Assembly: GCA_024137785.1 (NCBI GenBank)
Contig: JAHRHZ010000274.1
Location: 18,452,813 to 18,516,812 of the forward strand
Direction: 5' to 3'
Length of the DNA stretch: 64,000 bases
Origin: Ginglymostoma cirratum
Lineage: Eukaryota
The notes below the pieces were generated by a model that searched no databases, had not been told where the DNA came from, and worked only from the letters and a program-made list of their open reading frames with translations. Shown here piece by piece: positions 40,701-53,422 of this stretch. Both the position numbers and the translations under genes were made by a program. Numbering within the stretch: position 1 is the stretch's first letter; each line of letters opens with the position of its first letter.

Positions 40701-41537
40701 TATAGGTCAGGTCTCAATCAACGACAAGATAGAGTACAAGAAAGAGATTGAGTACTCAGTGGCATGGTGTAAAGACAACAATCTCTCCCTCAACATCAGC
40801 AAAACGAAGAAGTTGGTCATTGACTTTAGGAAGCAGAGTGCAGGGCACATCCCTATCTGCATCAATGGTGCTGAGGTGGAGATGGTCTAGAGTGTCAAGT
40901 TCCTGGGAGTGATGATCACTAACAATCTGTCCTGGGCCACCAATGTCATTGCAATGGTTAAGAAAACATAACAACGCCTCTACTTCCTCAGGAAGCTAAG
41001 GAAATTCAGCATGTCCACAAAGGCTCTTACCAATTTTTATTGATACATCATAGACAGCACCCTATCTGGATGCATCACAGTGTGGTCTGGCAACTGGACT
41101 TTTCAAGACCGCAAGAAACTACAGAGAGTTGTGAACACAGCCCAGTCAACTATGTAAACCAGCCTTCCATCATTGACTCCATCTATACTTCCTGCTGCCT
41201 CAGGAAAGCAACCAACATAATCACAGACTCGTCCTACTCCAGTTATTCTGTCATCCTCTTCCATTGGGCAGAAGATATAAAGTTTGTATAGACATACAAA
41301 CAGATTCAAGAACATGTTCTTCCCCATTGTTATCGGAATCTTGAATGGACCTCTCAAATGTTAATGTTGATCCATCTCTCTGCACCTTCCCTGCAGCCAT
41401 TACAATCTATTCTGCATTCTGTTCTGCTACCCTGATGCACTTTGTATTGTGCCATCTGCCTGTACAGCACACAAAACAACACATTGCACTGTATCTCAGT
41501 TCATACGACAACAATAAATCAAATCAAACCAAATCAC
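37714..41537 (+). mobile_element. Near full-length decayed Rex1/Babar-type LINE
   Basis: 5' aagacggtgcc and YNHSALLDL; APE motifs FIETWL, GGMVCFLINTSWC, VYIxP, DFNQ; RT motifs VFTDIFNLSL, MKCFERL, PQGCILSPLLYSLYT, NNLSLNISKTKKLVIDFRK; 3' tail aataaatcaaatcaaaccaaatca. Many stops and frameshifts. Confidence 0.85.
38267..38836 (+). mobile_element. 5'-truncated CR1 LINE inserted inside the Rex1 element
   Basis: LVRPLLEYCVQFWSPFYRKDIIKLER; 3' tail ctgtttccatgctgtatgactctgtgactct. Confidence 0.85.
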
Positions 41538-41738
41538 GTAATTAGAAAGGAAATAACATTTTGGCTTTTATTGCTAGGGGATTGGAGTTTAAAAATAGGG
41601 AAGTCTTATTCCAACTGTACGGAGAATTGGTGAGCTGCACCTGGAGAACTGAGCACGGTTTTGGTGTCTGAAATTAAAAAAAGGATACCCTGACATTAGA
41701 TTCAGTTGAAAGAGATTTACTAGGCTAATTCTTGGGAT
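41538..41738 (+). mobile_element. CR1 LINE fragment (right half of split element)
   Basis: gtaattagaaagg...ttggcttttattgctagggg...gagtttaaaaatagggaagtc continues the CR1 RT sequence broken at 37713. Confidence 0.75.
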
Positions 41739-41739
41739 G

Positions 41740-41960
41740 AAGGAAGCAGAAATTGCTGGGAGAAACCCAACAGGTCTGGCAGCACCCTTGGAGACAGAAA
41801 TAGAGTTAATGTTTCAAGTCTGATATAAACATTTTTCAGAATTGAAAGGAGATGGAACAAAATGATTTTTATGCTGTTGACAGAGGTCGAGGAGGAGCAA
41901 GTGGAACAGACTGTGAGGATGCCCAGAGCAACAGACAAAAGAGATGCTAATGGTGGTATA
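41740..41960 (-). mobile_element. Penelope-like 3' terminal fragment with decayed hammerhead core
   Basis: gcagaaattgctgggagaaacccaacaggtctggcagcac...agagttaatgtttcaagtc...ttcagaa, homologous to the reverse complement of ~62480-62745. Confidence 0.7.
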
Positions 41961-42329
41961 GGAGAGCTATCCCACCGTTAGAATCTGAGTTTTCGAGCAG
42001 GCATGTACAGGCATGACCTCTGCCACATCTCAGTGAGAGATTGCATTGCATCTTCTATGACATAAGTCGTGATCACCATAAAGACAAAGGCCCAGAAGGC
42101 CACATAGTGAATATCTGGTATCATTGGAGACCTATGCACCATCCCTAATACCACATTAGTATATGGTATTGACGTTATTTATGTTAATTAGTATTGATGA
42201 TGCCCCTATGTATCCAACCAGGTGCACTTCTGTCAAGGGGAAACCAGGCAGTGACATGTTGTATTGAAAAGGTAGAGAGTTGCAGCCTGATATACTTCAT
42301 CAAGTCATTCTGAGGGCTACCCAGGCTAC

Positions 42330-43480
42330 CTGGAATTTTTAGGCTCTTGTAGTAGTACAGGAAAGCATTATAAGCCTTACAAACCTTGACCCATTCTGGC
42401 CAGGGGCTGGCAAAGGACTCTTCCTTGCACTAAACACCACCACTCGCACAGCCATCATAAGCCATGCACCCTGATTATAGTGGCCTACTCCCACCATAGA
42501 TGCATTGGGGTTGCACCTCACCACAGCATACAGAAATGTTTCCAAAAGCTCACTTTGATACAATAATGTTGTATTAGTGTTTACATCATGGGTGTCATGG
42601 AAGGACAGTCAAAGTCACAATTAAGTGTTGTTCTGTATTAATTTGAGTGAGCTCCTTCCTGGTGTTGTTCATTTCATCCTCTGGAGAAGTGGCATTATGA
42701 TCTTGCTTGTAAATGTGATATATTGGAGTGTAAGGTCAACATGAACACTTTACTGTAAGAAAATGTGCTATCCAGGGGCAGACAGCAATGCTGAAGAATG
42801 AATGGCATTATTGGAAGCAGATCAGCATGCATTATCCCCTAGCCTTACATATGTGAATTACCATAGCTGAGGGATTGGATCCTGCCTGATGCTGTGGATA
42901 CTCTTCCATTTCTTACTTGGCTTTTACAATACCTTCATCAAATGTTGCTTGCGATGCCTTTTCTTCCTCTGGGCTTATGTCATCACCCCTCTGCATGAAG
43001 GGTCTAGGCCCGAAACGTCAAGCTTTCCTGCTCCGATGATGCTGCTTGGCCTGCTGTGTTCATCCAGCTCCACACCTTGTTATCTTGCATGATGAACTTG
43101 TTGAGTGCACATGATACCACCACTACTTGTGATACTCTCTCTGGATCATAGTGCAGAGCACTTTCAGAGCAGCTAAGATAACAGAGGTGCATCTTCAGAA
43201 GATCAGTCTTTTACTCTGCGGTGACCATTTGTGCAGTCTATTGCAGAGAGCTGACCATGGCTGTGAAGTCAATTTGCCCTTTCAGTCTATGTCCTCATTT
43301 GTCCTGAATCTTATGTACTCTCTACCTCCCTTGTACATTCAAGAACTCCTTAATGTAACACCGAAAGGCTGCTTAGCAGATACCATAAATATCAGCTGAA
43401 ACCCCTCGGAAGAGCCAGATGCATAGAAATTCCAAGCTGATGGGATGCCCAACACATTCCCATGGACACACATAATTCTA
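42330..43480 (-). mobile_element. PIF/Harbinger transposase relic
   Basis: Minus-strand segments read NFYASGS..ADIYGI..IKE (~43340-43440) and WLM....AYNA..TTRA (~42340-42470). Confidence 0.6.
42991..43085 (+). mobile_element. Penelope-derived short element with hammerhead-like core
   Basis: (ctgc)ATGA-A-GGGT(ctag)GCCC-GAAA-CGTC. 7-bp direct repeat tgcatga (42992-42998 / 43086-43092). Confidence 0.85.
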
Positions 43481-44029
43481 CATTTGTGAGTGGCAGTCTG
43501 CGTTTGTCTACCTTGAGAGATGCGGTCTCTTCAGGCGCTGCATTGCTCATATTTGCAATGTGTCATTCTGGTCCTGTAGACTGAATTGAGAACCTGAATC
43601 TACCTGTCCTTTGCTGTCTGGTCCCCTCTGTTTGTGCAGTTTCCTGTTGCTGGTGTGAGGCAGTGTCCGTTGCTTGCTGCGTTGGTGTTCATCAGCGTCA
43701 CACATCCCCTGCAGTTCCTGATGATGATGAAGGAAAGGGTGGATCTTTCCCGAGCTGCCACTACCTCTGCCCTTGCAGCAAGCCTCTAACTGGCTTCCCC
43801 TTAGGGACACAGATGTGATGCCACTTTAAGGGATGGTCCTTCTGTACCTCTGGTGTGTGCTGCCCCTATAAAATTATGGACTCAGTATCTCTGGGTTCAG
43901 AATTTCCTGCTTGAGCCTCTGTCCGAGAGTGTTGGCTCAGTTTTTACATAAAGAAAACATCTCTAATCCATTGCCTGTGAATCAGTCTCTTGAAAATCAA
44001 AGGAACTGTCACACTGAGTTAGGGAATAG

Positions 44030-44640
44030 AGGAGCATTGGTTGTAGGAGCGGGACTAAGTCATTCATAATTTTGAGCCTGCTCTGCAATTCTGTCTGATC
44101 GTGGTTGATCTGGCTGTTGTCTCAACCCCACCTTCCTGTCTTCCCCCACTGGCCCTTGACTCCCTTGTCTATCAAAAATAACCTGGCTTAAATAAATTCA
44201 ATGGTGCAGCCTCCATTATTTTCTGAGGGAGAGAATTCCACAGAATAAAAAACACCTAAGAGAAAAACGTTCATCTCATCTCTGTCTTAAATGGGAGACA
44301 CCTTATTCTGAAACTGTGTCCCCTCTTCAAGAAAAAAAATATTCTCCAAGTATCCATCCTCTCAAGTCCCCTCAGGACCTTCCAGACTTCAACAATATCA
44401 CCTCTCATTATTCAAATATGCAGTGGTACACAGCCAGTCTGTTCAATCTATCCTCATAGGATAAGCACGAATTATCTTAGAAGTGAGTCGAATGTATATT
44501 CTCTGCACTGCTTCTAATGCAATTATATCCTTTCCAAACAAAGATACTAAAATTGTGTATGGTACTCCTTGTGTGGTATTGCTAAATTCCATCCTCCTGG
44601 TTCCAAACACCAATATTCTATTTGTTTTATTGATTAGCAA
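44030..44640 (-). mobile_element. CR1-type LINE 3' relic
   Basis: ataggagca...gagcctgctctgcaatt...gagaattccacaga...ctcatctctgtcttaaatgggagac; minus-strand ORF FGKDIIALEAVQR. Confidence 0.7.
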
Positions 44641-44659
44641 GTTATGATAATAGATGATC

Positions 44660-44996
44660 ATATCATAGAATTCCTACAGTGTGGGAAGAGGCCATTCATT
44701 TCATTGAGTCCACACCAACCCTCTGAAGAGCATTCCACCCAGTCCCAACCCAACACCCTATCCCCATAACCCCACATATTATCATGGCTAATCCACTCCC
44801 GGGACAATTTAGCATGTCCAATCCACCTCATTTGCACATCGTTGGACTGTGGGAGGAAACCAGAGCACCTGGAGGAAACCCATGCAGACATGGTGAGAAA
44901 GTGCAAACTCCACATAGACAGTCGCCTGAGGCTGGAATCAACCTGGGTCCTTGGCACTGTGAGGTAGCAGTGCTAACCACTGAACCACCTTGCCGC
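44660..44996 (-). mobile_element. tRNA-derived SINE (HE1/V-SINE-like)
   Basis: Same head, core and tail as 25935-26205 and 29028-29374. Confidence 0.85.
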
Positions 44997-45149
44997 TCCA
45001 TTTGATCTCAGGATCCAAAGCAAAGAGAAACAATAATTAATTGTGGAAGAAGAATGCAAAGAAAGCAAAAGTCACACAGTGCTGTTTCTGGCCAAATCTT
45101 CCAGAAAAAAAAATTGACAACTTTGAATGGAGTGACTGCTAGGCTGTTT

Positions 45150-45440
45150 GAGAGGGGCAGTTAAGAGTGAATGACATTGCTGTGCATTGGGAGTCACATA
45201 TTGGCCAGACCAAGTAAGAATGCCAGATTTCCTTCCTGAAAGTACATCAACAAACCAAATAGGTTTTAAAGAAAATCAGCTATACTGTCATTGTGACTGT
45301 TACTGAAGTTAGCTTTCAATACCAGTTTTTTAAAAAAACAGAATTATTTAATTTAAGTTCCGTGGTGGGATTTGCAACTTTCCCAAGGGCATTAAGTCTG
45401 GCACTCCGGATCATTATTTCTGTGAAGTTGAAACCACATT
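45150..45440 (-). mobile_element. Second tRNA-derived SINE family, decayed copy
   Basis: gggcagttaagagt...ggagtcacatattggccagacc...tttccttcctgaa...gtgggatttg; homologous to 53000-53422. Confidence 0.65.
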
Positions 45441-45934
45441 GTTGTCTGGTCTGTAAAAGAATTAATAGAAATATCAGGTTATTAATTCATTAATTTAATT
45501 ATACTTTAAGTTATTTAACAAACTATAAATATTTGCTGAGTATTTTTCATCCTCCACAATTCTTCCACCACAGCGAAAAAAATAAAATTTGGACAAAGCT
45601 GGCTTTGTTTCATATTGTCCACTCTGTGCTAAACTGAGAAGAAAATATACTTCCTAAACAATCTTAAAATCTGTGAATTATTATAGATAATTTAGTATCA
45701 ATGCTAAATTCACTTACTCATCACTCCTGCATAAACTTTAACCATAATTAAGACATATGAAGAATGGATTTATTTTTATTTTAAATATTCATTCAGCTGA
45801 CAGTGTATTGTACAGCAATGACTCTAGTGTACCCTAACGATTGTCCCAATTTACGAAGGAAGCCTTTCAATGTGTTTCAGTTGTTTAAATCAAATGCATT
45901 AATCAAATTGATTTACAACATGGTAGAACCATTG

Positions 45935-46066
45935 TTTCTGAGAAATGGTCACTAGACCTGAAACGTTAATTCTGATTTCTCTCCACAGATGCTGCCAAGC
46001 CTGCTGAGCTTTTCCAGCAATTTCTGTTTTTGTTTCTAATTTCCAGCATCTTTCAGGTTTTATTTA
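45935..46066 (+). mobile_element. Penelope-derived short element with hammerhead-like core
   Basis: CTGAGAA-A-TGGTC(acta)GACCT-GAAA-CGTT at 45938-45967. 12-bp direct repeat with one mismatch, gtagaaccattg / gtagagccattg (45923-45934 / 46067-46078). Confidence 0.82.
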
Positions 46067-48199
46067 GTAGAGCCATTGGACTAGATATTCAAAGGGCTGT
46101 AGCTTTGTGGAGTCAGAGCCCTGTGTATCAGGGAAATACAGGATCATAGCACCGGAAGTTGCCTCAGGATCTCAGTGCTACTGGAACAGTTTTTAATTTT
46201 CAAAGCACTGTTGGGTGTGGCACATGTGGGAGAAAGGAAGAGGATGGAGCAGGTAGCATGACCATCATCGACTAATGGCACCTTAGGAGCCTGTCTGTTC
46301 AAGATTCCAATTTTTAATATTTTCTGGGACAAAAGTCTGATGTGCCCCTTTGAATTCATGACAGGGCTTAAGTAAATGTCTTTGTTTTGTGCTTTATTCC
46401 GTTCTGTCAGGCTGACTGGTTCTGAAATGAACACTAATCTTGTCATCCGTAACTGCTTTCTACTGTATTCAATCTCTTGGTCTCTTTGGAGAGACAGGAA
46501 TAAACAGACGTGGCTGTTCCCCATCCCTGCCGCTGGTATCAGTTGGGAAGCTCATACCTTCTGATGGCATATTCCACTCTAATTGGGTGCCTATCTCACC
46601 CTGTGACCAATTAAGCTATTGCCATTCAAATACTGCATCACAAGGGTTGAAGTTTCAGATGCTGTTTTAGACCCGGAACTCACCTGGATGTTCGATTGTC
46701 AACCCTCCTTCAAAATTCAGCTCATGGAGTCACAATGGAACAGAAGGAATCCCTTTTCAACAGAAACATGAGGAACCAGTGCCAAACTGTGGTCATTGGA
46801 GATTGTTACTTTCAGCATAGTTTTGGAAGTCTTTATGTACTGAGTGTGAGGAGCTTCAGGAGTGACCCTTTGCAAAGGTTGGAAAGATACATCATTCGCA
46901 GTGTCATGTATTTCTCCCAAAATTCCTTGTTCAGAGTTAGAGATGAAACTATCACTATAAACGTCTGAATGGTGACATTGTAGCATATTACTGAGAAGAT
47001 AATGGGAATGGCACCTGTGCAAATGTTTTTATTATCAGTTTGTGGCTGGCTCTACAATGTCTTTTTGATTTATATACTTAGTTGAAACCATAATTGTAGG
47101 AATCTTTAATATGTCCAAACTTTGGCATGCACGTTCTTTGATTTAGCATCAATTTGGAATGAAACAAATTAAATTAAATTGGGTTGTAATGGTTACTGTC
47201 TAATACCTATTACTACAAGAAAACTGATCAGGGTTCTGCTTTGAAAAGCTGCTGGTGCTCATAATGAAACCGTTACACCATATTTAAAGTGAGTCCTATG
47301 GGCTTAGTTAACCCTGTTCCAGTTTCCATGACTCCTTTCTCAAATCTCACCAGTTGTTTTAATTTCAACATATCAATGCTGAAGGAGCAATATTCCTGAG
47401 ATGGGTGCTATATTCAAGAGACAATTTTATTTGCTACAGATGAAGCTCTATTTTACTTAGCTTGCATATTGATTTTTTTTGCTGTTTGTGGAAAGTTTAT
47501 CAGGATATTTATTGCTTTGTTCAGTCAGTTCCACAGGAAGTGCTGTTTTACATTGAAGGCTTGGACCATATTTTCATAGAATTGGGAAGACTGCGTGTAT
47601 CTTTAAAAATTAGTGGGCAAGACATGGATGCAGAAGTCCTGTCCCCATTTTCAACAGAACCAAAGCCAAGGGAAGGGGGCAGGGCATGAATTACACAGGA
47701 CCAAAACCCAATTGCAACAGGACAATTTGAGTGTTGTGCTGAGTTCAAACAGAATCCATTTTGTGTGGTTCGAAGGCCTTACCCTGCAGTATAGGAGTCA
47801 AGAATTGATGCAGGAAATAGAAATGCTCTTGAAATATAAAGTCTCTATGGGCATCATGATCTGAAATTTTGTTAAACTTCCTACTCTTTAAGAATTCAAA
47901 AATAAGTTGAAGGTATCATTGAGAATTAAAAATAAGTCCTTTGCTGGATTGGCTTGATTGACAAACCATCTGGTGTAGGTTAGGAAAAAAGTGATCATTT
48001 AGTTGTGCAATTCAATGAAGACTATCTCCCCAAGGGGTTTGTTGTGGGGAATAGAAGGGCTTGTAAAGGCTAACAGTGTTTGAAACAACTGGGAGAAAAT
48101 GCTAGAGAAGCATGGTGAATATGCTAACCAGCTCATCTCAACATCCACCTGCGCCAGTGACCACCTACAATTTGCTTCTGGGAGTGGTCAGCACCTGGC

Positions 48200-49075
48200 T
48201 ATCATGAAGAGATACACCAACTGCTATGTGCAGACCAGACCCCACTTCCAAAAGAACAACACTGTTTGTATCAGGCAAAGTGATCTCTGCCTTGAACCTT
48301 TTGCCATCGAATATTTTCAGGAAGCAAATAAGTGACCTTTGCCACTTTAGTCAAGTAGTTGCTCCCCATAACATCAAGAAAGTGATTGATGCTATTAATT
48401 GCTTGTTGAAATCGCTCATCTAGCTATACTGTTCAAGGGCACTTAGGGATGGGAAATTAATGGTAGCCTTGCTTGCCAGTGATACCCAAATCCATGAAAA
48501 AAAGAAAATATTCAGTCGGGCTGCACAATGCATTTACTTTGCAATGGAATCAAAGAAACAGCAAAAAGTAAAGGGAGAGCTATGGACTGGCACAGTTCCC
48601 ACAGGTGCAAGAAATAATTGATAGCATGTGTATTGAACACAGCCCCATATGACAACCTGTTCAATTTAATGAATAGAAAAGCCTTCTATTTCTTTAATAT
48701 GCAGCTATTTAGACATGCCAATTGCCTTATCCTGCATGTGTATCCAGGAAATCGGGATTCTATCATGAAGTGGTTCAGTGCATAATAATCCATCATATCA
48801 CCACTTATGATAATGGAGCCATGTATCAGGATGCTTGATTGGTGATCAGAGTTGCCCCACATGGGGTACAATGCTAGCAAGCTTTGTGCAGGTAGAAGGA
48901 ACAACATATATAATGACGCTTGCAATAATATGAGAAGTATTACAGGCAAAACTACAGGCTTTCAGAAGTTTCATTTTTAATGCTTGGATAAATCTGGTGG
49001 AGCAGCTACATGACACTGTCAAAAATCATTACAGTTTGTTGTGAGCCATGTAAAATTGCAATGATGAAAGGCTTG
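48200..49075 (+). mobile_element. PIF/Harbinger transposase relic
   Basis: KVISALNL..DLCHFSQ..IKKVIDA; FPQVQEIIDS; NRKAFYFFNMQL; YPG; CLDKSGGA; KIITVCC. These are HARBI1/DDE motifs in correct order, with frameshifts. Confidence 0.8.
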
Positions 49076-50292
49076 CTGCTTCTGAAAGCTGAATGTGAGA
49101 TTAATGAAAATAGAGGAGCTGGACTGAGAAGCACCTTCATCACCATAACATAAGGAGGCTGCACAGGAAGGGAGGGATGTGAATGAGTCAGCTACAGCAA
49201 AAAGAGCACAACTGTGTCATAGGGTTTTCAATGTATCGAAGTTAACACTGCAAATAAAATTACCACCTCTCCTTACTATTGGAACATATATACAGTCTAC
49301 AATACATATAGAATACGTTCAAACTCTATCCCTGCATTGATGCAACGAGTTCTTGATATCAAAGGTTTCCACTGATTTCCTGATATAATAGCCACCTCAC
49401 ATTCCCTCTGCCAGCATCTCTGCTAAACGTTGCCAGTATAAACTGATAACTCACTGAAATCAAACAAATTTACAGAACAATAATCAACCAAAGAAAGGCC
49501 AGTTCCTTCTTTGCCAAATGCAGCTACATAGGCAGAGTCAAAGATACACCCTTTCAGAAATTTGGCAACGCGATATTTTGAAACTGATAAAACATTTCTA
49601 GATCTAGTTTGAAAACCTTCTGTTGCCATGCTTGCAATCTTTCACAGCACCCTCTTCTAATCTGTGGATTCTTTGCAGAGGTGTCCCTCTCATGTGTACG
49701 GTGTGCCTGCAAAATCCAGCTCTGTAGTGCTGACAGTTTTGCTGCTGCTTTGATTGTCGATTTGTATCCATGCCATTTCTGCCCTCTTCCAGCACAGGCA
49801 ACTCTGATCACAAAGTTAGTTCGGGTATTAGTGGGGTCGGGGGATTGTGTTGCCATTCGGTATCTACTGCTGATTTGACACAAGCGGAACCATTTTCTGC
49901 CTCACTACTCTGATGAACGTCCTCTCTTAAGCACACGCAGCTGATCACCTGCTCAGCATTGGACCTATTTAGAGGATTATCGTCAACTTGAGGCTCAATC
50001 ACCCGTTACTTTCTATTGGCTCTATTTGGAGGTGCTGCTGGAGGCAATGGTGATGCACATTGGTTGCTATTGGAAGGCCTCTGGGCGCACCAATTGCTCC
50101 CAATGGTGGGTGCCATGGTGGCAGTTTCTCTTGGACTGCAGCATGAGAAGGAGATGGCACAGAGACAGCAAAGAAGAGAAACTGCATTCAGAGGGAGGAG
50201 GGGACAAAAGGCTCTCAGAAGGAGGCCTTGTCCACCCAGTGTTTCTTAGGAGAGCTTTAATTACTTCTTCTTAAGCCAGGAACAGTGTATTT

Positions 50293-50690
50293 TGATTTGA
50301 TTTGATTTGATTTATTATTGTCACTTGTACTTAAGTACAGTGAAAAGTTTTGTTATGCGTGCAGTACAGGCAGATCATAACATGCAAAGACCATAGGATG
50401 ATTGAGCAAAGCAGGGAATACAAAGTTATGGTTGCAAAGAAGGTGTACAAAAAGCAAGATCAACATTAGATTTGAAATTTGAGAGGTCCATTCAGAAGTC
50501 TAATAACAGTGAAGACAAAGCTGTTCTTGAATTTGTCAGCGCATATGTTTATAATTTTGTATATTCTGCCTGACGGAAGAGTTTGGAATCGATTATAACC
50601 AGGGTGGGAAGGATCTTTGATGTTGGCTGCCTTTCGGAGGCATCAAAAAGTGCAGATGGAGTCAATGGATGGAAGGTTGGCTTGCAGGAT
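50293..50690 (-). mobile_element. Rex1-type LINE 3' end
   Basis: (GATTT)n tail and tttattattgtcac...gtacaggcagat match the reverse complement of the 3' end at ~41150-41537. Confidence 0.75.
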
Positions 50691-51102
50691 TGTTTGCTAT
50701 GATGGTACTCGTGGAAATCTGTCAATCTGAAACTGGACTTGCGACCTCATAGTAGGACAAACGTAGCACTGCAAGAAACAGTGAATGTGACCGGGGCCTT
50801 CAACATTTACCCATCAGGATCCTTCCACACTGAAATAGGTTATGTAGCTACTAACTCCCAGTTTACTACCTACTGCTGTATCCGAGAAGCGTCAGAGACT
50901 CCAAATATCAGGTAGAAAGACTTCTTAGTCTGCCTGAAGGGAGAAGCAGTCATAGCATGAATGTGACTTTGTCAGGATAGCATGGTTTAGGGTGCAATCG
51001 ACTGGACCCGTATGGCTTTGTGGGTGCCACTTCACAATGCTAAGATACACTGGAACTGCAAATGTTATGTTTTGCTTATTGTGCAGTTGGTGCACAACCA
51101 TG

Positions 51103-51368
51103 CCTCTGATGCTGCCTGGCCTACTGTGTTCCTCCAGCTCCACACTGTGTTTCCTCATACCCAGATGAATGCCCACAATCCTGACAGTAGAACTATCACT
51201 ATCCGACCTACCTTCCCCAGTCCCACCCCTCCTCTCTCTATTTATTTCCCAGATCCATTCTCCCTTCCTTATTTCTAAAGCAGGGCCCCGACCTGAAACA
51301 CCAACTTTCCTGCTCCTCTGGTGGTTCCTGGCCTGCTGTGTTCCTCCAGCTCTACACCGTGTTATCTG
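51103..51368 (+). mobile_element. Two Penelope-derived terminal-repeat fragments, the second with a decayed hammerhead core
   Basis: cctctgatgctgcctggcctactgtgttcctccagc (51103-51150); ctaaagcagggccccgacctgaaacacc...cctgctgtgttcctccagc (51275-51368). Confidence 0.75.
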
Positions 51369-51894
51369 TGACAAATTCATCTTGTGCTGGTCCACTGGGC
51401 CCCATGTCAAACCAGAGAGTGGTTGTTGAGGTGGCGTGCCACTCTGTTTACTAGAATTCTCCGCTTGGGACTGCATCAATGCACCAATTATGCTGCCCGT
51501 GCCAGCAACTTGAGCTAAACAATTCCAATTGACAGCCAACAAGGCCATAGGTATCAGCAAAATCAAATCATTTAAAAAGAGTACGTTGGGAAAAAGAAAG
51601 AATGCTGCATAAATATTAGTGTGAAGGGAGAAGGTGAAATATTCAGACAAAAATCTTTTAAACATTATTTTAAAAGTTAGGTTTAGAAATCTAGCAACCA
51701 ATATTGATGGTGCCATTTCGCGATTCTCTACAAATTTAGAATTATTTTCTAAGCACCCAATTCTGTTATTCCACAATAGTTTTTCTACAAATTGCCATTA
51801 TAAACTCAATTATATCTGAATGAAAAACGTGAACATTTTTAATGGGGATTTCTACCAGTGATGTGAGAGTGGATCACCACATTTACTGGAAGGA

Positions 51895-52622
51895 GGGAGT
51901 TTAAGCCTTGAGGTGGGAGGGTTGGTGTGGCAGCAGGAAGTGCACTACATAGATTATGCTGGAGCAGTGAGTGACAGGGCACAGTCTGCGCCACTGCATG
52001 CTGCATTCGAAGCAGCTGTGGGAGGGGGTGCAGGTAGAGACTGTCGGACATCTCCTGCTGGAATGTGTCTTTGCAAAAGAAGTCTGGAGAGAGATGCAAT
52101 GGTTTTTGTCAAGATTCATCCCGAGGAGCTCCATGATGCAGGACTCTGTGCTCTTTGGTCTATTCCCTGGGATGCAAACCAAGACAAACATCGACTACAC
52201 GTGAAGGACCATCAGCTCAGTGAAAGACACTCTTTGGTCTGCTCGAAACTTGTTGGTCTTCCAGAACCAGCAGTTGACCCCAACCGAGTGTAGCAGGCTG
52301 GCACATTCCAAGGTCCAGGACTATGTACTGAGGGAACGTGCAGTTACTGCCAAGGTGCAGTGGGGAAAGACCACTGGGAAAGTCTGAGGTCTTCCTGCTG
52401 AAGTTAAATGGGGGTCCATTCAGACCCTTCTGGTGCCTCAAATGCATGTACGTATAGTTTGGTTCAAATAAGAGATACCTTTGGTCTGTTTGGATAGAGT
52501 CGAACCCCAATGTTTGTTTCTTTATTTGATATGTTACTGTGCAGAACTGAACTGCGTTTGTGACTCTATATATACATATAATATTTTTATAAATAAAGTA
52601 TATTATTGAAATTTTAAAAAAG
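51895..52622 (+). mobile_element. Tx1/L1-clade LINE 3' end
   Basis: C-terminal zinc-knuckle region ETVGHLLLECVFAKEVW; aataaa and A-rich tail at 52592-52621. Confidence 0.7.
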
Positions 52623-52999
52623 TGCAGAACTTCAGCATTTCCATATTAATTAGCTCATGTGTTAATTTCCAAAATTGTGATCACCTTCAGAGAGATAATA
52701 ATAACAAATGTGACAGTTTGCCATCAAATCTCTCCCCTCCCCCCACCACCCCACAGAAAATCTGAGATATTGAGTTTTTCTATTGTGTGGGACATCTTGT
52801 GTCTGTCGGCCTGTTGGAGAAAGAGGAATAGGTATGAGGATGCATAATATTGTTTTAGAAATAAGTGTGCAAGCCCAGAGAAAAAAAATTGAAATGAAAA
52901 TTATTTTATCCAGTTCTCCATCGCAGTCAATGCAGAGCAGCTGCATAAATGGCCAAACACTGGAAAGGGGAGAAGGTTGGGACATGTTTTAAATTTTTT

Positions 53000-53422
53000 T
53001 TTTCTTTATTCATTCACAGGATGAGGGTGCCATTGGTGAGGCAGTATTTATTGCCCATCCATAATTGCCCTGAGGGCAGTTAAGAGTCAAAGAGTAACCT
53101 CATTTACAGGCTGACAGTATCATTCACTAGGCCAGTGTTTATTGCCCATCCCAGAAGGTGGTTAAGAACGAACCACATTGCTTTGGGTCTGGAGTCATAT
53201 GTAGGCCAGACCTGGTAAGGCCGGCAGTTTCCTTCCCTAAAGGGCATTAGTGAACTTGATGGGATTTTCCCCCCAACAATTGACAATGATTTCATGGTCA
53301 TCATGAGACTTTAATTCCAGATTTTTTCCCTGCTGTGGCAAGATTTGAACCTGAGTCCCCAAAATATTTCCTGGATCTCTGGAGTAACAGTCCAGTGATA
53401 ATACTACTAGGCCATTGCCCCC
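53000..53422 (-). mobile_element. tRNA-derived SINE with LINE-shared 3' tail
   Basis: Minus-strand head ggggcaatggcctagtag...caggttcaaatc (A/B boxes). The tail resembles the 3' end of the LINE at 58770. Confidence 0.75.

Noticed and set aside
2077-51368. Recurrent near-identical ~30-bp hairpin words as a possible CRISPR-like array
   Set aside because: Copies are kilobases apart, on both strands, with TSDs, in a vertebrate genome; explained by retroelement inserts.
50925-51776. 283-aa minus-strand ORF
   Set aside because: Patchwork of unique AT-rich sequence and antisense Penelope terminal repeats; no recognisable domain.
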